Below are positions 34,407-47,294 of a stretch of 64,000 nt of DNA, in pieces. This stretch comes from Dipteris shenzhenensis (taxonomy: Eukaryota). The notes under the pieces were generated by a model. It saw nothing but the letters and a program-made list of their open reading frames with translations, made no database searches and was not told where the DNA came from. Each line of letters opens with the position of its first letter. Positions within the stretch are counted from its first letter, which is position 1. The stretch lies in NCBI GenBank assembly GCA_047967505.1, contig CM106538.1. The stretch is one strand, 5' to 3'. The position numbers were made by a program, and so were the translations under genes.

Positions 34407-35780
34407 TCCAGTTAATGTCAATGAATTGGCTGCTTTCTCACTTTCAAGTTTTAAATAATGATCCAGTTCATGCCAATGAGTAGGTTGCTCTCTCACTTTT
34501 GAGTTTGCAGTAATGAAATTAAAGTCCATGTCAACGAGCAAGATGCTCTCTCAGTTCATGTTACATTCTTTAGAAGGAGTCAATGTAATGTGCCTTTGAA
34601 TAATTCAAGTTCATCTTTTGAGTTTGAACTAAGTGAGTAGCCTTTCATTATAGTTAATGATTTTAGTTAGTGCCAATGATTCGATATAATGTGCTTTTGA
34701 GAACATAGAATGTATAGAACATGGAACACATAGTTGAGAGCATAGAATGCATACAAAACTCAGAATATAGAATGCATACAAAGCATATTAGATTGCATAC
34801 AATGCATAAAAAACAAAGAATATAAAATGCATGCAATGCATATTGGAATGCATACAAAGGTGAGAGCACGGAATGCACACAAAGCATAGAATGCTTGGAG
34901 TTCATAGAATTCATAGAATGCACTAAAAAGTGAGAACATAGAATGCAGTCAAAGCTAAAAATATATGAAGTTGAGATCATAGAATGCATACAAAGCATAC
35001 AATACATAGAGTACATAGAATGCATTCAAAGCATCAAATGCATTCTGACAACATACAAAGCTGTGAATGTAGAATGCATTCAACGTTGACAGCATAGAAT
35101 GCATAGAGGGCTGAAAAAGCTGAGAACATAGAATGCATTCAAAGCATAGAATGTACTCAAAACATACAATGCATTCAAACTTGAAAACAGACAAAGCATG
35201 TAATGCATAAAGCATAGAAAGCATTGAAAATATGCAACAAATTCAAAGCTAAAAACATACAAAGCTGAGAACATAGAATGCATAAATTACATAGAGTACA
35301 TAGAATGCATTCATAGATGAAAACATATGAAGCTGAGAAAGTAGAATGCATAAAGAGCTGAAAACATACAATGCACACAAAGCTGAGAACATAGATTCCA
35401 ATTAATGTCAATGAGCAGGCTGCTCTCTCGATTTTGCGTTTGAAGTAATGAAGCCAGCTAATGTCAATGAGCAAGTTGCTCTCTCACTTTTGAGTTTGAA
35501 GTAATGAAATTAAAGTCCATGGCAATGAGCAAGCTGCTCTCTCAATTTATGTTAAATTCTTTAGAATGAGTCAATGTAATGTGCCTTTGAATTATTCAAG
35601 TTCATCTTTTGAGTTTGAACTAATTGAGCAGGCTACTCACTTCAATATACTGGATGATTTCAATTATTTATTGCCAATGATTCGACATAGTGTGCTTCTG
35701 AATGCTTCAAGTTGAGAACATAGAATGCGTGGAACACGAAACATATAGTTGAGAGTATAGAATTTATACAAAACTCAAAA
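34407..35780 (+). repeat. CATAGAATGCA(T)-based minisatellite bracketed by ~370-bp direct repeats (~990-bp period)
   Basis: Many degenerate CATAGAATGCAT units at 34700-35395; 34407-34770 recurs at 35397-35780. Confidence 0.85.
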
Positions 35781-36877
35781 TTTATACAAGTTATTAAAGA
35801 ATAAGGGCTTGTAAGAGGTGATAATAGTTGCATTTAAAAATTAAGCCACTTTCATATGGGTCACATCCATCATGAGAGCGAGTTTCTTGTTGTGTGTGGG
35901 AAAATGATTTGTGAGCTATGATCATCACCATACTATGATGTTTTATTTGATGATCGATTATTGTATCCATTTTCTTCCCCATCTACAAGATTATGTGATT
36001 TTTCTTTACTAGTTCCAAGGTTTTGTTTTTTGAGTGGACTCATTGTGAGTAAACAACATTCATCACAATGTAGATCAGTTGAAGGGTTGCAAGAGATCTT
36101 TCCCTTGCATTGGCTTCCCAAACAATTTTGAGAGCGACAAAGATGGTTTGGGAAACAAAAGAAAATCTTAGATAGCTTAACATTAGATGAGGTTACTCAC
36201 CTGCAGGTTTGGCATACGAGCTTAGAGAAAACATGCTTTTGAGCAGCATTAATGGATGTTGTTGTGGTTGTTGGCAAGTGTCTTTTAAGGATGTAGGGTT
36301 GCAATCTTTTTACGGCTTCAAGATATCACTACAAGCAACACTGATGGACACTATTGTGGTTTGACTATAATTTTTACAACTGCATTATAGGGTAATGTGA
36401 AGTGATGATTCTTTGAATAGCCAAAATATTGAGGGCACACTTTTGCTTTTAGAATATAGAATTCATTGCTTCATCATACGAGGCGATGATTCTTCACATG
36501 CTTCTTCAAAGCAATAGGAATAGAGAGCCCTAACTATTTTCCATTTTTGAATGTGGTCTTATATTTTCTTTAAAAAAAAATCATTATCATAATGCTTAAT
36601 ACAAGGGAAAGATTTTGTACAATCGTTCTAGGATTTAACTAGACCCTTGAGCGCCCTCGAGTCCCAGTGGTTTTGATGAGGTTTGAGATGAGGAGTATGG
36701 CAACTTATTCTTTTACATTTCCATAGGTCTAGCCATGTGGTGCTTCCTCACTGCAACCTTGGGGGTGTGCCTTGCCCAACACGTAATGTGGCACTTCTTC
36801 TTGCAACTTGGGGGGTGCCTTGCCTAAAATGGAATGTAAAAGATTGGATGTCTCGACTTTGAACCAAAGAGACAAAA

Positions 36878-38007
36878 TGGTGCAGCAATGGTGGGAGTTG
36901 ATGCCAGACCATCAGATGGTCTAGGTGTACACCCATCTACATACTCCCATTTGTCTTGAAGTACAAGAATGGTCTCCATTTGGTATTTCCATGTGCCATA
37001 ATTTGAATTGTCTAACTAAGTAGATGCCTCTAAATTGAGGTTGCTAGTGGTAGCCATGGTGCAAAATAGTACTCAAAGTGCCTGTGAAAAACACGATCTG
37101 AATCAACTGCAAACACTATCTGTATCAACTGTAATCTAAACTGCTGGCTAAGAAGAATTGCAATATATATCCAATTTATTACAAGGCTTATGTGGCAAAT
37201 GATGTCGGGAATAGCCAAGAGGCTTTACAAGGATTCAAATAATGTGCACAATGTCAAAATAATAGACGATAACACTTTACAATGGTGGCATATGAGTGCT
37301 AAAAATAAATGATGTACAATCTGCCAACTGAACAAGGTGCCAATGCCTCTGAAAACTCTAAATTCTACTCACTGGTATGTGGAAGGTTGGGTTTCAGGAC
37401 GTGTGGTGATGTGAGGCTACATTTGACCATAGGGATTGACTCCGAGTAGGAACTAATCGGGAATTTTTGGGCATGGCTTCGATTGGCTGTTTTGGAGAGC
37501 TCTCCTCGTCTACTCTAATCTAGAGATAGAGCAACTGTCTAGATATAAAAGGTAGCAAATAATTTTTTCTGCTTTTGCTCTTTTTAGGTGTTGGGTCAAA
37601 TGCGTCGATGTAAAGGCTGGAATGCACGTAGGAAGTGAATTTGATGTTGAGGCTACAAAGTTGTGATACATGCACCGAAATGTGTGCATGATGTGACGAG
37701 CACATAGAGCACAAAAAATCAAGACATTTTTCCTTTCTAGAGCACCCTATAATTCTGAGGTATGGCTTGATCTAGATGGAGGGTCAAAAACAAAAAGTGC
37801 CTATGGAGCATTGTCCCACGGTGGAAGGTGGGTTCACAAAGAGTGCCTGTGGAGAGGCAATTGTGCCTGTGGAGGGGCTGTGTGCCATGTGCCAGGATGA
37901 TTTGGTAGATGACCTAGCGTGCTAATGTGGCAGATGAGTCAGCGTGCTGATGTGGCAAGTGGACTAGTCAATGTTGTGGTGGCATGTGCTGAGTCATTGG
38001 GTGATGT
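36878..38007 (-). mobile_element. copia B copy B3, middle piece: leader plus gag N-terminus
   Basis: The minus strand reads MATTSNLNLEAST*LDNSNYGTWKYQMETILVLQDKWEY from 37057, homologous to B2 gag at 12214. 37550-37800 is the reverse complement of the B2 leader at ~11450-11710. Confidence 0.9.
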
Positions 38008-38843
38008 AAATTTATATGTTTAGTTGAATTCAAGGGAGATAATCAGGATTATGGAAAGATATGGACTATGTTAGATGGCCTTGGCTTCAAATTGCTTGGG
38101 CACTTGGACTATTTCAAAAAGAGAGAAGGATATTGTGCCATTGTTGAGAAGATATATTGCAAAAGATGTCTCAAAAACTAATACAAGTAAGATGTGAAAT
38201 TAGAATATGTGCTGATTAATGGGGGATTATAAATTGGTTGCATAATATTAAGGATTGGAGGAGAAGTAATGTCCCATAGGCATGATGGTAGAAGGGTCTA
38301 ATAGCTTGAATGACCTAAATTTTTTGAATGCTCAAGTGACTTGAGTTGAAGGTAGTCTACAATGATAGATTTTGAACATTTGTTCGCATCACATGCTAGA
38401 CCACCAAGGAGCTAATTATACGATAATAGCCTTGATTGCAAAAGAGAGTGTCGGAGATGTGCCAAAAGCACGTGCTATGCTGAATGCTGAAATGGCATAA
38501 GGAATGCTATCTGCAAAATTAGTAGTCTTACAACACCTATTAACACATGCTAAAAATTTGTCATTTCCCAATTTTCTCCACGGTGGCGACAACTAAATCC
38601 ATGAACAATGCAATATGGCATAAGTCCCCATTAGTCTTAGCTTTGGAGTTCGAATTGGAATTGCATATTGGTACATATTCTTTGGCATGAAAAGGATGAC
38701 GTTACACTTTCCACTCAATGGATTTCATTCGGAGTCATGATTGGAATATCATCACTATCGTTAAAATGTGAATGGCTCTATATTGGAGACAGTTTTAGGT
38801 TCTATAGCCATCTTCCATAGCTACGAGGCTATGATAGAGGCTT

Positions 38844-40602
38844 TATTGAGGATTCATCTCAACATCATGTGATCATGTGATCTTGTGTGCATAGCACTAA
38901 CCCAAGAGAGTGCTAACAAGGAAAGGGTTAAAAACCCTAGCCCTAACCCTAACCCTAAAGGGGTTTGTATATATTCTTTATTTTCAACTAAATCTAGTGT
39001 ACAATTAATCATTTGTGGTGTGCTTTCTAGCTGTGCCCTCTCTTGTCATCTCCTCTCTTCTTCTCTTCTCTCTCCATATTTCTTCATGATATTAGAGCTC
39101 CCTTGGAGTTCACTTCCATAGAGAAAAGCATCCATCCATTGTCATTGCTTTGAGAGATTTGTTGCTGAGAGGAAGAGAGATTTTATTACATTTTTCTTGT
39201 CTAAGTGAGAATTTGCATTGAAAAAAAGACAATTCTTCTTCTTCCTGAAAGGAAGAGAGAGATCTCCTTGTGAGAGTGTGAGTGATAGGTCTCTACTCTG
39301 CCTCCAGAGAGATTGAGTTTGTTTTTGAGAGAGAGCTTCTATTCTAGGGAATGAGAACGAGATCTGTAGCTTCTCGGGCTGACCCTGCAAGCTCCAACAC
39401 ATGTAAGCCACAGCCTTCCACAAAGATGACTTTAGCAAGGTAATTGCACTCAAGGTGGCCGACTAAACTTCAATGACCTGGAGCATTTACAAACGACTCT
39501 TCAACGCCGACGACTCAAGCTTTCCAAACGACTCTTCAACGCCGACGACTCAAGCTTTCCACAAGCTGTAAACTCTAAGGCAATCTCGACTACACAAATC
39601 TACATGGTAGCGACTCAACTCTGCTCGTCTCTACATATAGCTACAAACCACCTCTACGAATGACTACGTCGAGCTCAAGAGGCCTCTCCTAAAAACCCTT
39701 TAATGCTCCAACCTAACAAGGTGACCATAACCACCATGTACAGTGACTCTACAAAGCTACAACCTACAACAACTACGAGTGACTCTATTGGCGAAGCAAA
39801 CAAAGTACTTCCAACATAGCAAACAAAGGCGACTTTCTTCTACAAAGTCTCTACAACGCACAATGATCAAGCAAATGCACATCTGCCTATGCAACATGCA
39901 CCCGCGATCGATTGGCTGCATACTTCACATAGCGGTGCCACACGACGACTAAGCAATGCTCCATCAACTGCAACTTTGTAAGCCTCCAATGAGCTCACGA
40001 GTCAACCAAGTCAACGACACCAATCCTAGTGCCATGTTAGACTCAACAGCAACAACTCCTATAGCAAGGGAAAGGCTCCAGCCCTATAATGCAACAAGCA
40101 ACGAGACGAAGCTCCCATGATGGCTCCACAACCCCACGACATCATCAAGCAACCAACATCAAGCGATGACCAACGACTGCATCATGGCAGTTCTTCGACG
40201 CCCACGAGCACCGATGCTCAAACTAAGTGACTTCAATAGCGTAGGCTCCAACAACCCTAGGGACAATGCCTCCCAACGACTCGACTAGCCACCACTTATA
40301 GCCAGGCACCAAAGACTCTCTAGCCAACAAGAAGCGTCGACGCCACAAGCGCTCCGCCCTCCAAGCACACGATGGCTTTTTTAGAAAAGGTGACGAAACT
40401 AAAAGATTATGCGTGATTATCTTTAGATTCCGACCCGGCGGCTATCTTTGTGACACATGGCGCATCGAGATCTGACACATGGTACTCTCTTAGGGATCAC
40501 TTATACTCCATGTGGCACATCATCTGCCATCTCAGCAAAGTAGACATGCCATTATCGATAGCCACCGGTAGTCGTCTGCCATGGCATCAACTGTGTCAAT
40601 AG
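38844..40602 (+). mobile_element. copia B copy B3, 5' piece: 5' LTR (38844-39086), degenerate PBS and first part of leader
   Basis: The LTR matches 33797-33927 (shared GAGGATTCAT variant) and the B1/B2 LTRs. TGATATTAGAGC at 39087-39098 is a degenerate TGGTATCAGAGC. Confidence 0.8.
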
Positions 40603-41297
40603 TCATTAAAAAAATAAATGCCTCTCTAGCTAGGTTGAGAAAAATTAAGGATTTGGCAAAATCAAGGGTTATCAAAGTGATTAATAGAGTTGTATATACG
40701 TGACTACCAATGGTGGGATGAGGAATGAGGTGAAACAATTAGCCACCGCAAAAGAAACAACAAATATCACACCACCACTAATACACCAAAACTAGCCTAA
40801 CAAGTTAACCAATTATTATGGAATAGTTCCTAAACTAGTAATTCACAAATGCAATTTCCAAATGCAATGTAAAAGCCATATAAACCTTGATCCTCATACT
40901 CCATAGCCACTCATGACTACAATCATTTGAAGCCAAGGCCACCTTTCCATAATCCTGATCATCCCTTGAATTCATCTAAGAATATAAATTTCTCATTTTA
41001 AAAAAAAATGCAAAAATTATGGATTTGGCGAAATCATGGGTTATCAAAAGTGATTAATAGAGTTGTATATACGTGACTACCAATGGTGGGATGAGGAATG
41101 AGGGGAAACGACTAGCCACCACAAAAGAAACAACAAATATCACACCACCACTAATACATCAAAACTAGCCTAACAAGTTAACCAATTATTATGGAATAGT
41201 TCCTAAACTAGTAATTCACAAATGCAATTTCCAAATGCAATGTAAAAGCCATATAAACCTTGATCCTCATACTCCATAGCCACTCATAACTACAATC
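40603..41297 (+). repeat. ~370-bp-period tandem duplication with a near-identical 280-bp core
   Basis: 40647-40926 recurs at 41020-41297. Confidence 0.9.
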
Positions 41298-43054
41298 AAT
41301 TTTTCTGAAGAACTATTTCAAAAAGTGGGCTAGAATCAGGTGCACAAGGCCTCACAAGGAGTCCAACTGCTGTTTGATGCCTACCCATCAGGCTAGATTA
41401 CTCTCTTAAGCACATTTTTTGTTTGCTCTGGCTCTGCTCCACTTTTGGTCAGTCACACTTTGGAAATATGTTGAATTATCAAATCCAAAAGATAAGAGCA
41501 AGGATTTTCAAGAAAGCACTCTAGACTTCACTTCTGGTTGTGGTCAGTGACCATCCTAAACCACTCAATATCATCATTCTTCTATTATCCTCACAAACAA
41601 TCTCACATCATATTGAGGTTAAATTGAATCTGTCTAGACTTCAAAAAAAGTGTGCATGAAATTAACTTGTGTGTTACTATTCACATATAAATAAGATGAT
41701 CTTTCACCAGGAAAAGAAAATAATACTACTCCCACATTATACAGTTGACATATACAGAATTAATGAAGCCATTGCAGCTGATGGGCTAGAAACTTGAAGG
41801 CTATAAGGGTTTCTCTTTTATTAAAATGCAGATACATCTATTGACTCCCGCTCTCTCCATCACAGGGCCAAAGTACATTGCTGAGTTAAAGATCTATTTG
41901 GATTCCTCGACCCAACCTCCATGCCTTATTGTTGATGTCAAATTCTAATGAAGCCATATAAGCAAAATGGAAAAGCTTTACACTTCACGTCAAGTTGACA
42001 ACTTTTGAGTATCAACTGCCAAGCACATTTCATGGAAAATGTCATTTTTGTGGGGACAATGCGTGTGATTGATGCTTCTTATTTGCAGGATGATGCCTTG
42101 CCTCTGCATACAAGGTCTGCACTAATGGGGGAAATTTCCATGAATTTCGAGATCTTTTCTGGCAATAAATAAAATCATGCACTCTATACAATCAGAATCA
42201 CAAGGCAGCTAGATAAACCGATTGCAGAAGTGAAATTACACAGAACATCACCAATCGCTGTACATTTGGTATTTCTCACAGGACCATCCTGTAGTAAAGA
42301 CTTCACAGGGCCTTGAAATACGAAATTCTGAGTACGCTCACTTGTAGAACTGCAAGATTATTGATCCCTTAGATGGTAAATGCAGCTTCATTCATCATAC
42401 TGGAACATGCTACTACTAACCCACTCTGCATGACAAGAAGGAGAGGAGAGGATGATAGCCCTAATTAGCCGTGATGCACATGGCAAAATATATAAAACAA
42501 ATTATCGTATGAAGCATTAATTCTCAACGTTCACAGCCTACGCTTACATGAAACTGCAACATTCCTGGCTGAGACCTTAAGTTCAACAATACTTTCCTTC
42601 CTAGATCTTAGTGAAAAAGTTATTCTCAATTTCATAACCATAATTAACCAGTATGTTCATAGCAGCATAGCATAACATGCATATAACAAATTTCACTGTA
42701 CTAACCATTATTCTTAAGCCTCACAGAATATGCTAGCTGGAACTGCAACATTCTTAGCTGAGATCTTAAATTCAATAATACTCCACTTTCTAGATCTTAG
42801 TGAAAAAGCCTTGCACACCTGCACCACTGATAAAGGACTCTACACTCTCACAAAAGTCACGCTTGCACACGTGGTGAACTCGCACTAGGAATTATCTCAA
42901 ATATTGGGGATTCTCCCTTGTAATCAGAGTTACAAATTGTTGATATTCACTGCCCAATACATTTAAGGCAATCTAACCTTCGCAAGTAATCCACATTTCA
43001 CAGAAACATATCAAGATATTTGTGACAATTGACAATCTTATGCCTGGAGCCACC

Positions 43055-44088
43055 TGTTGAAAGAGATCTAGTGGGGCCCTGGTGAGTGGTCCTATGCTAT
43101 GTCCATAATTGGATTATCTAGGGCCTAACCGAGAATGGATTTTCTATGTATTAGCTCTAGGCTTGTAATTATAAGCCTAGCCTGCCAATTAGCCTTAGCT
43201 TTAGGCTCTTGTGCATAAAGTAGCTTACTTTCCACAAAGGCCTCTGCTCCTCCTTAAAGCCAAGCTTTTCCCAAAATAGCTTGCTTTTTTAGCTTTGCCT
43301 TTTATGGGCAAGCTCTCATCCATTGAATCTAAACCTCATCCATGTAGTCTCAACCATAGGCTTAGAATGTGCCCTAAATTCCAGATTCAATCCTAGATTT
43401 CAAGTTAGCCCAACCTTGACCCTCAACAGTCCAATGTTGGTTAGGCTCTAGTTAATCCGATTTTAGCATTCCCCCCCCTTTGAAAAAGATTTATGATGCC
43501 ATAAATCAGGTAAATAAAACTGATCACTGATTCTCGAACTATATTTCTCATCCAAAATTACTATAGTATCTGTAAAGTGACACCCATGAATATCTTGGGA
43601 TCATTCGATTACCATCCAACATTTAGGATCCTCCTAAGTAAACTCTTATGTCTAGCTTACTTTTCATCTCAGAATCAGGTCTTTTGTCAAACAATCACGA
43701 TATATCCGGGTTTATCTAGCATTTTAGATTATGTTAAGCTCTCGTAACACAGGTTACCCTAATTCAGCTATCCTTGCTGAATTATTTTTTCAAAGATCTT
43801 TACAAATCTCAGATATTTAACCCATCTTGGTATGACTCCATTTACAAGGGTAACTCCACCTTGAAGAATATTCATTCTTCGTTAGAATATACTTTTGGAT
43901 TTATTATCAAGGCCCCGTTGCTATAGGCTCACAATCCCAATCCTCCAAAATTATGATGCATCCTCCGATACATATGGAGTGTCCAGTATGTTTTATTAGG
44001 ATGTTGTCTGACACTCATTACAAGCTTCTACGAAGATCCATTCTGGATCTACATTTACAGCTAGATTTCAAAAATCATGTCATGATTT
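43055..44088 (-). mobile_element. 3' end of an LTR retrotransposon: 3' LTR (43055-43468), PPT (43469-43482) and decayed internal sequence
   Basis: Minus-strand AAAGGGGGGGGAA is immediately followed by TGCTAAAA; the other end is TTTCAACA (imperfect terminal inverted repeat). Confidence 0.6.
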
Positions 44089-45039
44089 TGTTGGAAAGGT
44101 CACCTCCCCATTTGTAAGCCCCAATATGAGGAGAGCATGGGGGAGGGAGACCTAGGGAAGTACCCCACAGAAAAAGAGAGAAAGGGGCTGCCACATAGAC
44201 AGCATCATGGCTGTCATGTGGGCAGCACATCTAGAGCTGTTATGGGCAGATCAGAGGGCCAGAATAGTACAGAAGCATGGCAGATCTGTACAGATTACAG
44301 ACGCCTGCTGTACGGCTGGTTTCAGGGACATGTGTCATGTACGGAGCTCAGGCAGGAGCCCTAGAGCTGGAACAAACCTGGAGCAGAGGCAAGATAATCT
44401 GGGACAGATTGCGATGGAGACATGGAGGCGCACTGTTTGCAGCAGGTTTGGGGGGGGCTGGACCCTGAATATATGGAATTTTATCTGCCCTTGAAAGGAG
44501 GGCCAAAGCCCTAGTCTTATGGGCCAAGGGCCCTTGTAATGAGAGCCTTTAAGGGCAGTTTTCCAGCAGACTGGTCGGCCTGTTTGGGTCGGCCAGAGAT
44601 GCTGCTGGTCGGTTTTTTGGAGCAGGCCTTGGGCCTATATAAAGAGGCCATTAGGCCTCATTCAATCATCACTTCGAGCTGCAGTTGGGGAGCAGACAGC
44701 AAGCCTAGCCTTGGACCTACACATAGGAGGAGAAGGAGGCTGACATAGAGCTGCAGACTGAGCTCAAGGTGCTGCCCACCTAGGCTGGCTTTCGGACAGC
44801 AAGGTGGAAGGGATCTAGACAGAGAGTCTACATATGCTCAAGCTGGAGCAAGCGGGCTCAGAGATCTAGAAGTGTCAAGCTTGTAGTAGAAGGACCTTTT
44901 GATATTGTACCGACGGAAATATGAAGTGTTGCTTCTATATTTGATTCTGAGCGTTGTCTATTTACTAGCTTGCACATCTATGCACATTAAGTTAAGAAGT
45001 CTTCCGTTGTGCGTACCCTCTGTTGGGTAATTTCTAACA

Positions 45040-45051
45040 TGGTATCAGAGC
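45040..45051 (+). promoter_or_regulatory. PBS (tRNA-iMet)
   Basis: TGGTATCAGAGC directly after the LTR CA. Confidence 0.95.
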
Positions 45052-45265
45052 CCAAGTAGGAGGCTCACAGGTGTGGGAGCCTGAAGGCAGGGACCTTGCT
45101 GAAGGACGACCCTGATTCAAATGCTCTTGGGAATCAACTTCCACGACTAGGGGATTGTGCCCTTGCGAGAAGGAGGGTGACTCAGGTTCAATCAGATGCG
45201 TTCAGGAGTTCTCGTCTACTGAAATTTGAGTTTGGTTGACTTTGATGTGTGGTATAATAGCGGAG

Positions 45266-46357
45266 ATGTCGACCACTACAGCCTCTTCAACCCCTGCTCT
45301 CCCTTCCTCCTCCCCTAGTTTTTTCTCATTCACTATCCCTAACTTCAGAGAGTCTGGGAAACTAGACAGGACCAACTACCCGATCTGGAAGGTGAAAATC
45401 CGGAGCCATTTAGTGGCTCGAAAGTTGTGGAAGCTGACTACGGGAGTGGACACGAAGCCGGAGGACATGGTGGACAAGCAAGGGAAGATACTCATGGCAG
45501 TAGACAGAGAGGAGCTTGAAGCTTGGGAAGACAGAGATATCCATGCCCTGGAATTAATCATAGGGACTACTACGAACTCTGTTCTTCCACATATCCAGAT
45601 GGCCGAGACCTCAGTAGAGGCATGGGTCACTCTGAAGGATCTATACGAGACAAACAACACCTCCCGGATTTTGCGTCTTCAGCATCAACTCTACAATCTT
45701 GATATGGAAGGAGATACGGTACATAGCCATTTGACAAAGGTCAAGGTGGTGAGGGATCAACTAGCGGCAGTTGGTTAGAAGACAGACTCATGCCATTTGG
45801 CCTTGATGGTACTGAGGAGGCTACCTCGAAGTTTCAAGAGCTTTGTTACGACCATGACAACAGGACAAAGGACCAAACCTCTGACGTTTGAGGAGTTGGG
45901 TTCATTACTGCTACAGGAGGAAGCTTGGGGTAAGTCCAAGAAAGACAACTTTGATGACCAGGAGACTTCCAGGAGAAAGCAGAAGAAGTGCTACTACTGT
46001 GATACGCCAGGATATTTTGCAAAGGACTGCAGAAAGAAAAAGGCAGATCGAAAAAACAAAAGGAAGGAGTCCGACTCTGATTCAGAGGAAGAGGCCAAAG
46101 CAAATGTGGTAATCGAAGAGTTGTTCCTGGTGACATCACCGGGTGTTACCGAGGTCAGATATGTTGACCAAGACATCACTAACATAGAGATGTGGGTCGA
46201 CGAGGAGTCAGATGTCTTTGTGAAGGTGACGGACAGCATGGAGTGCTTGGTACGTTGTAGGTGCATGGCTATTGACACTGACACGAGAGTGGATTCCATG
46301 GAGGGCCCTAGGGTCTCATGGTCGGAAGGGGACAGTAAAGGATTACACAGGCTTTAA
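45266..46357 (+). pseudogene. gag: copia-type Gag (UBN2 + zinc knuckle) with a single in-frame TAG at 45776-45778
   Basis: KLDRTNYPIWKVKI..AWVTLKDLYE..LPRSFKSFV..CYYCDTPGYFAKDC; ORFs 45236 and 45797 are in the same frame. Confidence 0.85.
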
Positions 46358-47294
46358 GTGGATGCCTAGATGAGGTACAAGGTTTGTTTTCAGAGCAAGC
46401 AAGCAAGCAGTACGACAGTCTGGTATGTACTTGATATTCTGCATTTGAGCCTTTATAGCATGCTGTGGAGACTCTGCTCTTCATTTGTATCAGGTGATAC
46501 GAGATTGGAAGGAATGGGCCTTCTTCGAAGGCAGAAGGGGAAGTATTGATGCTTCTTCAAATCTCGGATGCAGATTGCTAGAAGGTGATGAACAAAGCTA
46601 GAAGATTACTTGCTTGAGAACTCAGCGAGAGTTCATGGTCCAAGTTATTTGGAAATATTCATTGGTTGTAGACCTTGCCAAAGGAAGGATGGGTTCAATC
46701 TGACCCTCAGAGCATGGTGCCTGGAAGACTCCAGGCTGTTCACTCATTATAAGGGGGACAACTGGAAGATCGTGACGGCTAGATTGCACGAGTTCTAAGG
46801 CAGGAACATGACTGAAGATGGTGGTGCCAGGAGGTGCTACCAGATGGATCTGTGTACCAGGATGGTGTGCGGAAGCGGAACCAGACCTGGTGGAGCAGGA
46901 GCCACTGGATGAAAAGCCAGGTAAAAGATTTTGACATCAAAGTGTTCCAGATGACTACGACCAAGGAGTTACCGGAGCATCGTCATCGACGTGTTGGCAT
47001 TGGGCCGAGATGTGTCGATGAGAGGTAACCTCCCCATCTGTAAGCCCCCATATGAGGAGAGCATGGGGGAGGGAGACCTAGGGCAATACCCCACAGAAAA
47101 AGAGAGAAAGGGGCTGCCACATAGACAGCATCATGGCTGTCATGTGGGCAGCACATCTAGAGCTGTTATGGGCAGATCAGAGGGCCAAAATAGTGCGGAA
47201 GCATGGCAAATCAGTACAGATTACAAACGCCTGCTGTACGACTAGTTTCAAGGACATGTACGGAGCTCAGGCAGGAGTCCTAGAGCTGGAACAA

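Larger units (their letters stand above)
44089..47294 (+). mobile_element. gag-only LTR retrotransposon (TR-GAG-like, copia-type gag); 3' LTR truncated
   Basis: 951-bp 5' LTR TGTTGGAAA..TTTCTAACA (44089-45039) and PBS-iMet at 45040-45051. gag at 45266-46357, no recognisable IN/RT/RH. The LTR sequence recurs at ~47020-47294. Confidence 0.85.

Noticed and set aside
34700-35395. Repeat-spacer look resembling a CRISPR array
   Set aside because: The core is only ~11-12 nt and degenerate, the spacers are short and similar to each other, there are no cas genes, and the context is eukaryotic.
35790-36500. Possible exons on minus (strong donor CAG|GTGAGT at ~36200)
   Set aside because: The frames are interrupted by stops and no homology is recognisable; at most a decayed captured fragment.
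45776-45778. Programmed stop-codon read-through in gag
   Set aside because: The TAG falls mid-UBN2 domain, and CAG>TAG / CGA>TGA decay is common in this window's elements, so mutation is the simpler explanation.
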